Positions 1-12,479 of a DNA stretch of 64,000 nt are shown piece by piece (the first letter of the stretch is position 1; the number at the start of each line of letters is the position of its first letter). The position numbers and the translations under genes are program-made. Source of the DNA: Isurus oxyrinchus (taxonomy: Eukaryota); contig JANJGN010000042.1 of assembly GCA_026770705.1 (NCBI GenBank), forward strand, positions 5,084,001 through 5,148,000, in the 5' to 3' direction. The notes beneath the pieces are model-generated. The model had not been told where the DNA came from, ran no database searches, and saw nothing but the letters and a program-made list of their open reading frames with translations.

Positions 1-2064
1 TCTCCAATCACCCGCTGACAGCTGAAAGATTTTCTCACTTTGCTGAGGGTTTATCCTGTGAAATGGTGAATAGGAAATGTAATGTGACTGAGAGATATTA
101 CATTCACTTAACATACAACTACAAACACGGAATATGTAAAAGGTGCCAGCTCACTGTCAAAATAGATGCCTGTCATGCTTCATTTTAACAGGAAGAGCGA
201 GGAGAGACAATATCAATTTAAATTGCAGTGGAGAAAATGCGGGGTTTTCAAATTAGCTGAATTCCTTTTGCCATCAGTCAGCATTGTCAAAATGAGCTGA
301 ATGTCACCTTCCTCTGCTGTAGATATTTATGATTTTATACCATCAACATTAACCTGTGCACAGGGCCAGTTGTTGAGGCCGATTGGTTTAGGTGATGGAG
401 CCCAAGTCCATTGGGAATCCTCGCTTCTCATTATTCCTGGTTTAAAGTGTGTCTACAGAGTTAATTATAGGTTAAATTGAATAAAATCCATCCAAACACC
501 TGGGGGGTTTTCTATTTCTGTTCATTCACGAAAACACTCACGAAACTTGGAACTGGAATAAAACTTGGCTTCATGCTTGCTTTCTGGATATTTGCCTCTC
601 CTTAGAGACAAACCCATTCCCTCTGTCACTCTCGGTGCATATGTTTGTGTGTGTTCCTCTGTGTATGTCAATATGAGTCAGTTCCCCGAGGGGTGAACAC
701 ATTCTTACCATCACTAACTTAATTTAAATTAGTTATGCAACTTCATGTTAAAATGTTAGAGAAACATATCAGAATGAAAAATGAAAGAGAGAGTTTGAAA
801 TTTTTGGAAGGAGGTGCAACTAAGAAACGGAAGATGGGAATGATGTTATTGATGATTGAGAGCAATGCATTGCAACCTTGGGGCTTTTGTAGGTCGATTC
901 CCTTCTCCACTCTAAGATTCAAAACAAGCTGAGTTTCCAGGTGAAGAAAAAAAACGTCTGTCGCCATATGTGTTGGGATATGAAGGATTCCTTCCCCCAT
1001 TCCCGGCTACCTCAGTCAACAGAATATAAAACGCTTAATTTCAGGGTCATGTGTTGGATCCCCATGCTGGGGGCTGTTGTCATTTGCAATCTTGCTGCTC
1101 TAAAACAAAAAAAAACACAACCTCATTCAGTGGCACTGGCAAGGCAGATATTCACCACTGGCACCAACTGACAGACATCAAATTCAAAACACTTTCATGT
1201 CGCGTTTCTTTCTGCTTCTGTCCCTGTCTCGCCTCCAGCTCCCTCTGCCCTCACAGCTCCCAGGTCAATTAGCTGCTTGATGCAGACACAGTCAGTACGT
1301 GGGAATGTAAGACACAATAAGATAGGTTTGCAGACCGTAGAGTAAAAAGACACCAGGATCTCATTTTCCTGATTCTCCCAATTACTGATTACAGGAATGT
1401 ACACAGTGCCGATTATCCACAGTCACACTCTCCTCCCAGTCTTGTCTACGTTAATCAGCTTTGAAATTGTTCACATTTTTATACTGGATTTCAGTGTGAA
1501 GAAAGCAGAGCTGTGAGAAGCTTATATCGTTCAGCAGATGTACTGCAGGAAGGTGCCTAACAGGCTGATGATAACAATGCTCTTTGGACACGGTGAGCTC
1601 CAGTGAAGGATCGGCACCATTAATGTGTCGCTCATTTAGTCTCGTGACTAATCTCGTGCTGGAAATGACAAGAAAACTCGGAGAATTTGCTCCGTGTTTT
1701 GGTTTCGACGAGCCGAATACAAGGCAAGAAAGCGCATTTCGCTAGAGTGGGTTATAAAGTGGCAGTGTTGGCGGTGTTGAGAAACAACATTATAGAAAAT
1801 TACAGCATAGAAAGAGCCCATTGAGCCCGGCGCGCCGCTTCCAAAGCGGAATTGATTGATCAGAAGTGATATCTGTGCCGGTGCAAATGGGAGACAGTAA
1901 CATTCGTCCTTCTCCCACCCATGTTTCGCCTTGCAACCAGCCCTTCTTCCCTTCTGTTTGTTCTCGACTTGTTCGAAGTGTGACATTTCTTGCTGTGAGG
2001 CGAAACTTTAACGCTGGGTGGAGCTGTTTGCACAAAGAAAGTGATCACATTCAACAAACCTCGA

Positions 2065-2136
2065 TCCCCTGACTGGGAATCGAACCCAGGCCGCAGCGGT
2101 GAAAGTGCCAAATCCTAACCACTAGACCACCAGTGA
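2065..2136 (-). tRNA. tRNA-Glu(TTC), probably a pseudogene
   Basis: Reverse complement TCACTGGTGGTCTAGTGGTTAGGATTTGGCACTTTCACCGCTGCGGCCTGGGTTCGATTCCCAGTCAGGGGA (72 nt) matches vertebrate tRNA-Glu. It has an A3:G70 acceptor mismatch, an A:C mismatch in the anticodon stem and several CpG-type transitions. Confidence 0.85.
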
Positions 2137-3219
2137 ATTTGTTACAATGCTTTTCGATTTGGCTTATCTACGCTACTTTTGCGTATTGTTTTTCAGTTCA
2201 GATCTCATTCACCTCAAAACTGCTTGTTTCGGTTTAACACAAACAAATTCTTCAGTCAATGAAAACAACAGTTTCTGTGAGCTGGACCATGAAATTGACA
2301 GTGAGGTGAAATAGTTCCACAAGCTGCACATGCGTAACTTCCAATTTCCAACCCCTCCACCCTGTTCGCTGTGGGCCAATGGAAGCGCCGATCCCCAGTC
2401 ATCAGACATCAGGGAACGTACCAAAAAGGTTTGACATTTAGAGGCTACTTTCGACTTTTTTTTCATTCCCGATCTTTTCACCAGAGAGGATTTTCTCCGA
2501 CTAATTGTTCTGTTTAGGTTGAGCACAACAGACTTATTTAGCCAATGAGAAGTACCAATGTTGTTAGCTGGAACATGAAATCGATACTTTCCTCCTTTAA
2601 GACAATTCTTCAAGCTTCCGCCTTTGACCGAGCTTTAAGTTATCTGACCAGATGTGATGCTCGGTGTCACACTTTATTATATAATGATCACGGGGGACGC
2701 CTTGTGACATTTCAACAGATTAAATGCGTTTTATCAATATAAGTTATTATATGCAGAAGCATTATCAAAACTTGCCCTTTTAAGTGAGAGGAAAGCTGCC
2801 TTGTTCCTGTTTGTTGTTGGATATTAACTGAGCGCAGTGTATTACAAGCGTCTTAGATTCGCTCTTCATCATTTCACAGAATAAACACTCAGGAAAGTGA
2901 GTGTATGTTTCTGCTGGCAGCGGGTGATTGGAGAGTGCGGGGCCGGAATGTTGCTGCTTTTCTGCTTTTCCCTGTCTCACTCACTGCGGAGCTGAGTAAG
3001 ACGGAATCATTAACGGTTCTATTTGAATCCAATAACTGCATAGATTTGTAGGTACCTGGTTGGTCAGTTGTTAAAGTATAAAGAAGTGACAGTATAAATT
3101 GCAGGGTTCCGCGGAAAAGGTCGGGTTGTGACAGAGATAGGGCGGGTAGAAGGTTCTCTTTATCTGCTGTAACCATTTTATGATTTCATATAAATAGTAC
3201 AGGCGTGCTGCTAAGGTCT

Positions 3220-3301
3220 GTAGTCGTGGCCGAGTGGTTAAGGTGATGGATTTGAAATCCATTGGGGTTACCCCGCGCACGTTCGAAAGCTGCTGACTAC
3301 G
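3220..3301 (+). tRNA. tRNA-Ser(TGA), probably a pseudogene
   Basis: 82-nt match to vertebrate tRNA-Ser(TGA) with a long variable arm. TATAAATA at about -30 and TTTT terminator at 3302. The T-stem is disrupted (GCACG/GCTGC), which damages the B box. Confidence 0.85.
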
Positions 3302-3369
3302 TTTTCCATTATTTCTGAATTTAACCATTGCTCTCTAACAGTAAAGCGAATCGACATTTGCACAACACC

Positions 3370-3403
3370 TGCAGTAGCAAAGATTGACCAGTGGGTGGCG
3401 GTG
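3370..3403 (+). promoter_or_regulatory. CTCF-like site with upstream (U) motif
   Basis: TGCAGTAGC, 6 nt, TGACCAGTGGGTGGCGGTG. Confidence 0.6.
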
Positions 3404-3439
3404 AAACCGTGATTGCTTCCATCACATGAAGCAGGCACT

Positions 3440-4710
3440 GTCTCTGTTCATATTAAATTAGACGCCATTTCTGTTTCTATTACACTAGGATTTGTCTCTG
3501 ATCATATTAGAAAAGGTCATCTCTCAGTTGTTTCTCTAATTGGCTCAGTCGCAGTTGTTTATATACTGGACTAGGGCCACAATACAATTGGCACTAGCTC
3601 AGTCATGACTGCACTGAAGCAGGTCTCGGCTAAAGTTACAATAAGCCATGCCCCAGTTGGCACTGCACTAGAGCTTGTCTCTGGTCATGGAAAACTAGAA
3701 CATGTTTTCATTTGCATTTCACAAGACTCTGTCTCTGCTATTACTCCAGCAGAACGTGCCACGTGTCTATCAAACTGGACCCTGTCTCAGTTAATGCTGC
3801 ACTAATACATGTCTCCATTCATATCACACAATTCCCTGTTTCTGCTGTTATTGTCCTTTATAATGACTTTGTTATTGCTGTACTTGTCCATGTCTCTGTT
3901 TTTATTAATCTCCTACCTTTGCAGGTATTTAATTTACCAGACACTGCGTCAGATTATATTAAAAAGAACCCTGAATTATGTGAAACTCCACTAGACCCTG
4001 TATCAGTTTTCTTAAACTGGATCCAGTCTGTGTTATTGCTACACTAGGCAGGTTCGTATTACACAAGATCCTGTTTCAGTTATTACTGTACTCAGCACTG
4101 CCTCACTTATGTTTCACTAGGTCACGGCCCTGCTTATAACACACTCAATCATGTCTGTACTTATATTCCTCTAGACCGTATTTCAGAACAATTTACACTA
4201 GACTCTCTCTCAGCCTGTATCACACTCGAAATTGTCAGCCTTTTTAACTAAACTGGATCCTGTCTCTGCAGAGGCTTTGTCTTTGTACCTCTGTCTCTGC
4301 TTCTATTCCACTCTCCCTTTCCGTGTTTTTATTCCAGGAGATCATCCCTGTCTCTCTTACACTGGCGGCACTCTCCGTTATTACAACTTAGACTCTATCT
4401 AGGAAGCAATTACTCTATGCCCTGTGCCTGTAATGACTGCCCTATTTCACTTGATGTTGATCCAGGCCCTGTATCAGTAACTACTGCATTAGCCCCGTCT
4501 CCGCTATTACAGCAGTAAACCCTATCTATGTTAATATAGCACTCGTCCCCATCCCTGTTCATTGTGCACTAGGTCACGTCTTTGCTTAAGTAACATTAGA
4601 TGGTCTCTATTGTTACTGCACTAGTAATGTCTCTGCTTAAATTACACTAGGCCCTGTCTCACTAATTACCACACCAGGCTCTGTCCCTGTTGTTACTACA
4701 CTATTCTATG
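3440..4710 (-). repeat. Degenerate 27/54-bp satellite arm (module A, left arm)
   Basis: Recurrent CTAGxCCCTGTCTCAGTTATTACTGCA-like units, the reverse complement of the large 34-44 kb satellite. Confidence 0.8.
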
Positions 4711-5511
4711 TTTCTATAAGGTGAACGTTGAGTTCGAAATGGGCCTCTGACTTTGGCCTAAAACTACAGGTTTCCAACTGACGGTTTGTTCCATGCAGCC
4801 CCTGATATTCAGTTTCATTACAGCCAACAATATTACATATGAGACATCGCCTGTTTTGTGTGTCGGTGTGAAAAGAAATCATGCTGCATTATTCCGCAAA
4901 GATAAAAGATTTATCTTCACCAGAATGTTTCATTTTATTTTATTTTCTCTTTTTCAAACTGTAGCCACAGATCGTCAAATAATGTAAATATTCATTGATA
5001 GTATATCCTGTTGTGTGCTCTTGTTTAGAAATTCATGTCCTACCAACCATTTCTTTGCTAAGACGGGGACATTTGTCACCACATTCACTTAATGTCTGTC
5101 ATCTCTCTACCTGAGACAGCATCTTACTCACGGAAAATTATAGCTCTCTCTCTCTCTTTCTCTTTCTCTCTCTCTCTCCCTCTCTCTGTCTGTCTCGCTG
5201 TCTCTGAGAAATTGACCATTTATTTAAATCTCTGGTTTTCTAATAATGCTTTTTTGAAAAAATAAATTTAATAAAGAATAATTCCCCGACATTAACCTCA
5301 ACGATAAACTACAGCCCATCTCCACCTTCAGCGAATGTGTTAAATCCCAAAGAGTTCCTGCAGTTTAATTGCAGATAGTTTAATACTGCAACTATTTATT
5401 GATAACTATTCAGTTGTTTTCCATTGTTTACAAAGTGATGTCAGACTGACCATTTCGTTTCCAAGAATCGGCTTTTCTGTTCCCAAAGATCATATGGAAA
5501 ATAATTATTTA

Positions 5512-6500
5512 TTATTTCACGGGACGTAAGCATCGTTGGCTCGTCCAACATTTTTATGCCCATCTCTAATTGCCCTTGAGAAGGTGGTGATGAACTGCCT
5601 TCTTGAACCGCTGCAGCCCAAATGGTGTAGCTACACCCACAGTGCTGTTAGGGAGGGAGTTCCAGGATTTTGACCCAGCGACAGTGAGGGAAGGGCGTTA
5701 CATTTCCAAGTAAGGATGGTGAATGACTTGGAGGGGAACTCCCAGGTGGTCGTGTTCCCATCTTTCAACTGCCCTTGCCCTTCTAAATGGGAGTGGTCGT
5801 GTGTTTGGAAAGTGCTGTCGAAGGAGCATTGTTGAGTTTCTGCAGTGCATCTTGTAGATCACACACACTGATGCTACTATGTTCGGTGGTGGAGGGAGTA
5901 AATGTAGAAGGTGGTATGTGAGTTGTCAAAAAGTGGGCTACATTGTGTTGGATGGTGTCGAGCTTGTAGTGTGTTACTGGTACTGCGCTCACCCAAACAA
6001 ATGCAGAGTATTGCATCACACTCTTGACTTGAGCCTTGTAGGTACTGGGCGAGTTTGGGGGTTCAAGAAGTGAATTAATCTCCTCAGTATTCTGAGCCTC
6101 TGATCTGCTCTTGTCGCCACAGTATTTACATTGCTGGTACAGTTCAGTTTCTGCTCAGTGGTAACGCCCACAACGTTGATAGTCGGGGATTCAGTGATAC
6201 TAATTCCTTTTAATATCAAGGGGAAGCAGTTGGATTCTCTCTTGTTGGAAATGGTCACTACTGGGTGTTTGTGTGGCACGAATGCTGCTTGATGCTTATC
6301 AGCCTAAGAGCCCATGTTGTCTAGGTCTTGCTGCATTTGGACATGGTGTGTTTCAGTATATGTGGAGTCATGAATGGTGCTGAACATTGTGTAATCATCA
6401 GCGACCATCCCCACTCCTGACCTTATGATGTGGCAGGGGAGGAGATTAATGAGGCAGATGAAGATGCTTGGGCTTAGGACACTGCCCTGAGGAACTCAGG
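5512..6500 (-). mobile_element. CR1/L2-group LINE 3' fragment
   Basis: Reverse-strand homologue of 13190-14300 (RT C-terminus plus GGGCAATTAG...ATGGG tail), inserted into the core of module A. Confidence 0.85.
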
Positions 6501-6809
6501 GATTAGAATCACATCGAGAATGATGAGCAGCTTATTGGAAAATGTTCACCTCAGCATCTCACTGAAGCCCCTGTGTGATGATCTATGCAAGCAACGGATG
6601 AAATGATCCTGTACATTTACCTGACATGATATCACGCACCTGAAATTATCCGATTTATTATTCCAATTGTTGGAAAGGATTGAAACTCTCGTTGTTCTCG
6701 TTCTATGGTTTTTAACTGTGAGATTTACAAATTCCACCCCGAACGTTCTAATCATTTTTGGACTAGTTTGTCTGTCTCTTTAATTTATATAATCTATGGA
6801 AACTTATCT

Positions 6810-7330
6810 GAAATGACTCAGGGCCTGGCGTAGCATAAAGAGATAAATAACCTGGTGCAATATAAAAGGATATTATGGGCTAGTGCAGCAATAGCAGAGA
6901 CGGGCTCTACTGTAACAGAAACTGAGGTATCAGTTAGTGCAGTCATAATAGAGACATTACTTGTTCAGTATTAACAGAGACATGATCTCGTGTAATATAG
7001 GCAGAGATATGGGCTAGCGAATTAACAATAGAGACAGGATTTGCTGTAATATAGATAGAAATATGGACCAGTACAGTCATAACAGTAACTGGGGCTGGTA
7101 CGTTATAAACATAGATATGGGCTACTTCAGTGATAGGAGAGGCAGGACCTGCTGTAACATAAACAGAGATATGGATTTGTGCAGCGAGGACACTAACTGT
7201 CCCTGGATTTAATATACAAATGAAATATGGGCTAGTTTGGGGAGAAGAGGGACAGGTCCTGATGATACATTCGAAGATGCAAGTCTTTGTATCAGCAAAA
7301 TGGAAATTAAATGCTTTGTATTATAAAACA
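6810..7330 (+). repeat. Degenerate 27/54-bp satellite arm (module A, inverted right arm)
   Basis: CTAGTGCAGCAATAGCAGAGACGGG / GTAATATAGGCAGAGATATGGG units, opposite in orientation to 3440-4710. Confidence 0.75.
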
Positions 7331-7661
7331 TGAAGAGGTCTCATTGAAGCAACTAACAGCAGCAGCGTCAACTTCAGCAATAAAAGATAAAAGTTCCTAT
7401 TGAAAACTGACAGGCCCAAGGTTTCTACTAATAATAACGATAGAAGTTTCCATTAGAAATTGCATGATAGGTGGCCCCTTAATGCAACCCTTGCAATGAT
7501 TACACCTCAAGAAACAGGATGCCAGTGTCTATTGGCTCATGATACCACCTGAAATATACTGGGAGACATTTTCCTCAGTGCTACGGAGCCACCCAGGTCG
7601 TCAAGATGGGAATACTAATTTGAAATGCGGTTTTTCCGGCGTTAGAGCAAGATGGCATATT

Positions 7662-8405
7662 GGTGTGTGTGTGGTTATGTGTATGTGCATGTGTCTGGGT
7701 GTGTGTCTTTGTGCGTGTGTGCATTTATGTATGTGTGCGTCTGTGCATGTTTGTGTCTGTTTTTTGACTGTATGTGTCTGTGTGTGCATGTATGTTTGCT
7801 TGTATGTATCAGTGTGTGTCTGTGAATGTATTTATGGATGTGCATGTGTCTGTGAATGTATGTGTGAATGTGCATGTGCGTCTGTGTGCGTCTGTGTGTG
7901 TGTTGATGTCAGCGTCTGTGTTTGTGTGTCTGTTTCTGTGGGTGTATGTGCGTTTGTGTGTGTGTGAGAGAGAGTGGGTATGTGTGTGTGTGTCGGCGTG
8001 TGTCAGTATGTGTGGCGTGTGTCTGTGTGTGTGGTATGTGGTGTGTGTCTGTGTGTGTGGTGTGTGGTGTGTGTCTGTGTGTGCATGTGTGTGTGTGTTT
8101 TGTATGTGTGCGTATGTGTCCGAGTGTTTGTGCTCTTGTGTGCGTTTCTTTCTGTGTCTTTCTGTGTTTCTGTGTCTGCGTTAGCATGCATTATATGTTG
8201 TGTATGTGTATGTGCGTGTGTTTGTGTGTGAGTGTCTGTGTCTGCGCATGTGTGTTTGTCTATCTATATATATTGATGCGTGCTTGTGAATGTGTTTATG
8301 TGTGTGTGTGTGTGTGTGTTTGCATATGCGCCGGTGTGTGTCTGGCTGTGTTCATGTGTGTGTGTATTTGTGTGTGAGTGTGTGTGTGTGTGTTTGTGTG
8401 TGAAA
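7662..8405. repeat. Degenerate (TG)n microsatellite, ~740 bp
   Basis: Direct sequence. Confidence 0.97.
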
Positions 8406-8429
8406 CACGTCATACTTTTTTGCAAATGA

Positions 8430-9260
8430 ATTTCACAATGACCTTCGTCATCCTTCCATTCATGAAAGATGACGGACACACAGCAAACAAATCTATTTCA
8501 GATGTGTTGTCCCCAAATGCTGCACAGTTTCTGATGGCTGAGGAGGTCAATCCTTGAGGGGCAGTTTCCATCACAAGTGCCTCAAATGAAGCTAAACGCG
8601 ATGTTATGGGCTGTTGTTTCTTGTCTTGGCGTCTGTTGCCAAGCCGCTGTAGCAAATAGGCATCATGGTGATGCCCAACAGCTCACAGAAAGTGCTGCCA
8701 TCTTCCTCTGTAGTCATCGAGTGAAATTCATGTCTGATAACCACAAATTAGGGCCTCCATGTCACGGATGTAACGGTCCTACAAGCAGAGCTTTGGGCGT
8801 CTCACTGTCCGCCTGGACCTTAGCTATGTGACCACCTTCCAACCTGTAAACGGGCCCGAGCCATCCAACCTCCCTCTGTTTGCTGAGCCTAACAGACTTG
8901 GGAGCTCTGTCTTTGAGAGGCCTGCCGCTTCCTGATTGTGTCCCGCCAGGAGATACCCAATAACCACCGCACACAGTGCAGATGGAAGTTGCGGAGATTT
9001 ATTTCTTGATAACTGTAAGTCGTCCATGTTTCACAGCCAGACAACAAGGTACTGAGGACACAGGCCTAATACACCATCTGCTTGGTGTCAAAGGTCAGCT
9101 TGATGTTAATTCATGTACGTTTCATGAGTCAGGTAATATCTGTTTCGCCGTGTGTGTATCAGGAACTGCATCAAGGAGCAGACTGTCTGTCACCGAGGAA
9201 CCTGGGGAGCAGGATTTACCACCCACATCCAGCCGGGTGTAACCTTGTGTGATCAGTGGT
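8430..9260 (-). mobile_element. RTE-clade LINE 3' fragment
   Basis: Reverse-strand translation KQREVGWLGPVYRLEGGHIAK...RPKL resembles the RTE C-terminal motif RLRWLGHVxRMxxxRIPK...GRPKLRY. Confidence 0.7.
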
Positions 9261-9523
9261 GGAAGTGCAACACTTTAAACATGATTTTCTTGACGTTTTT
9301 AATCAAATAGAACAAGTTAAAACCATGCTAGAGATGGTAAATAAGTCGCTGTTGATCTTCTTGTACAATAACTCTGTGTAACAGGATTTATTAAACCAGC
9401 ACGGAGGTCGGGGGTGCGCTTATGTTCTGTCATTGCAATGCTCCCTGCTGATAAACGGTGCCATTAATTCAAGAATCTCGGATCCAAATGTGGTTCCGCA
9501 TGTAGTAGCTCCAGTAAAATCGC

Positions 9524-9618
9524 TGCTCTAGGTGAGGCTCGAACTCACAACCTCGGCATAACCCGCTGATCGCACTGCTCTATAAGTACTGCGTGCTAAC
9601 TGATTGCGCCACTGGAGA
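9524..9618 (-). tRNA. Intron-containing tRNA-Ile(TAT), probably a pseudogene; 21-nt intron at 9560-9580
   Basis: Reverse complement TCTCCAGTGGCGCAATCAGTTAGCACGCAGTACTTATA[GAGCAGTGCGATCAGCGGGTT]ATGCCGAGGTTGTGAGTTCGAGCCTCACCTAGAGCA. G1>T, D-loop G>A and CpG decay; a TTTT terminator follows. Confidence 0.85.
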
Positions 9619-10559
9619 ACCTGCTAATGTCTGCATTTAATCTGGTTACAGTTTTCACAGATCATTGGGGTCAGACATGATGTCTTGGTGGCAGATTGGT
9701 CAATGGGGTCTCAATAAATTTTTATGATACTATATGAACTGTAATATATTTTGAATGAAATAACATGCTGAAAATGGGCCAGGGAAACCTTGTTAGTTTT
9801 CACAGACTGAGCATGGACACTGCAGAAGGTCCTGCGCCTTTTTCAATATTGTTTTTCTTAACTCCGAGTTTTCAAGAGGGAATTGGACAAATATTTGAAA
9901 TGGAAAAGCTGCTGGGTTATGAAGAAAGCGGAAGATATTGGGACTAACTGGGCAGGTCTTTGAAAAAGCTGGCGTGGGCACGATGGGTCCTAATGAGCTG
10001 TGAACTTTCACGATTCCAGTGCGAGATCAATTTGTTCCTAAATATCCCAGCCCAATCGGATTTCTGCAAAGGATAACCCAGAACTGCAACATGAGGACAC
10101 AGTTTGAAATTCTATACAAGCCCCTCTGGCTAACTCTCTGCGCGGGGTTTCTGTAGTTTACTGTGTGTCATATTCGCCCAACAGAAGCAGAAACACCCGT
10201 TCAAAATGGGACAGAAACACTGCCAAATGCATTTAATCTCCGAGCCGCCAGAAATCAGTAATTCACGTTTGTTGTTGAATATTAACTGAATACAGCATCT
10301 TACACTGTGAAAAAGAACAGACTTATGGGACACTGCACTGATCAGAAATGAACAATTTCAATTCCGGAGTTCTGATAATTTCTGAGATAAAATGATACCT
10401 GCAAATTGAGCCTTTCAATTCATTTCTCAGGGGACGAAGATAACACAAGTGTCACAGGATGGACAGGAGCAGTCATAGTCCGAAAGGTTGAAAGAGTGTT
10501 GATTACCTAATGATGAAAAAGGAAACTTCAAAATTGATAATAGATTGATAATTTTAAAC

Positions 10560-11015
10560 TGTTCTTAAGTCTACCAGTTACCTTATAACGAAGACCCATG
10601 GACTGTCAGTGATTATTGAGCTGATAATCTAGTTTAACATTAAAACTGCCCTTGTAAGTGATACTCCGGTGTAATAATAACCTTGCAATTGATAACCATT
10701 GAATATTGGTGTCCATGGAAATGGTGCCCTGTTCTAACAATGACTTTGCCATTTGATGAACCGGTCCAAGTGATGTCACCGGCAAACGGTGATCATGTGA
10801 TTGAAATATGTTGTTTTACTGCTCTTGTACCCGACACTCCAGTCCAACAGTGACCTTGTAGCTTATATCAGGATCTACAGTTGACCCTGTACCTGACAGT
10901 CCGGTCCAGCAGCTACCTTTAACTTTAACTTGAGGCCAAGAATAAATTTCTACCTGATGTGCCGATCTAATATTGAACATGCACCTGACACTTCGATCTA
11001 ACAGTAACTTTGTTA
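10560..11015. repeat. Degenerate ~31-bp minisatellite (TGACCTTGTACCTGACACTCCGGTCCAACAG-like)
   Basis: At least six consecutive 30-31-nt units at 10820-11010, more decayed upstream. Confidence 0.65.
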
Positions 11016-11589
11016 TAGGTGCCTAATGCCATAGATCATATGTTTTAGGACAGTAGGTTTATTTTCAGTAATGGATGGAGAATTCCACAGATTAATGACC
11101 TTTTGAGAGAGGATCAAGAGTTTTGAATTTATGCCCTGAAGATGTTCTAGGAATCACTGTCGGCTTCCAGTGTGATCGGACAGACCACAGGATAAGTGTT
11201 GGACATTTCCTCCTAGCATTCTGTGGGAACCAGCCGGGATCATTCTCCTGCATCAGAAACTACAGTCCAAGGGGCTGCACTTGTCCGTGTTTGTTCAATG
11301 TCTGTAATTAATATGAATGGGTGACACAATCTCACTTGTTTGTTCAAAGTTCGACAAGTACATTCTAGGCTCCCTAACTGTGCCTCTGGGGGGTTAAATC
11401 TCAGGTATAATAGTCACTACTTCAATAGTCGAACAGAGCGTGGGTGCTTCTCGCCGCTGCTCCTCTCAGAAGATGCACTTTCCACCAAGAGGCCCGTCTG
11501 TGCCATATACTACACCGCCCTCGCCGCTGTCACAGTCCCAGGTAAAACGTGTCTCAGTTTTCTCCGCTTCTCAGTTTCTGTTTCTCTTT

Positions 11590-12085
11590 CACAGGAGTTA
11601 GACATCCCTGGCTAGGCCACCCATGTATTGGCCATTCCTAATGAAGGTGATGGTGGGCAGTCTCCTTGAACCACCGCTGTCCACGTGGATTGAGAGGAGC
11701 TGGAGAACTTTCCAGCCGCTCTGCCTCACTCAGACCGAACTGTTTCTGGTCAATTCTGCAAAGCCAGGGATTATAGATTTTTCATTACCCTTATTATTGT
11801 TAGCGTTACTCCATCATGGGTTTGGAGCAGAACCGACTGGGCTGACATATATCACCCCTCCCTAATTGCCCTTGAGGACTGTGTGGCTTGCTGGGCCATT
11901 TCAGGGGGCAGTTAAAAGTCAACCACATTGCTGTGGGTCCGGAGTCACGTGTAAGCCAAACCAGGTAAGGACGGCAGATTTCCTTCCCGAAAGGGACATT
12001 AGTGAACCTGATGGTTTTTGTTTTTAAAGCTGTGGTTAGTTATAATTGTCCTGGTCACCATGATGGAGACTAGTTTTATAATTCC
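11590..12085 (-). mobile_element. SINE / LINE-tail fragments
   Basis: Reverse complement of 14510-14700 (AAGGAAATCTGCCGTCCTTACCTGG..., GGGCAATTAGG). Confidence 0.75.
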
Positions 12086-12479
12086 AGGCTGTATAATCAG
12101 TTCCAACATTACCATTAGGACACTATCTCCCCCCAACAATTTAAATGTTAGGCACAATAAATCAGCAATATCCGACATTCAATGTCGCTCAGCCCTGTTG
12201 ACTTTGACTCTAAATCAGGGTCACTCCAACTCTTACATTAGGGTCTTGCCAATCCCCAACATCAAACACGATGGCTCCTCACCAGGGAAAATGATCGTTC
12301 CTGGCTTCAGAGAGAGGCACGAGTGTTAGGCCAAGTAGTACAGCAGAGAATCAGTTCATTTTTAAACCTTCGACACACCCTCCTCTTCCCACCTGGAGTC
12401 AGTCCTTTATGTCGCCTCTGAAGGCCCTTCAGCCACTGTCTATGCCAGCTCGCACAGAGCAGTCCCATTCATTCCCATG

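Noticed and set aside
1010-1198. Minus-strand leader-like exon (MKVF*I*CLSVGASG) and a following exon candidate
   Set aside because: Two in-frame stops, weak donors, a 56-nt intron and no recognisable downstream domain.
7539-8377. Cys/Val- and His/Thr-rich ORFs
   Set aside because: Translations of the (TG)n microsatellite.
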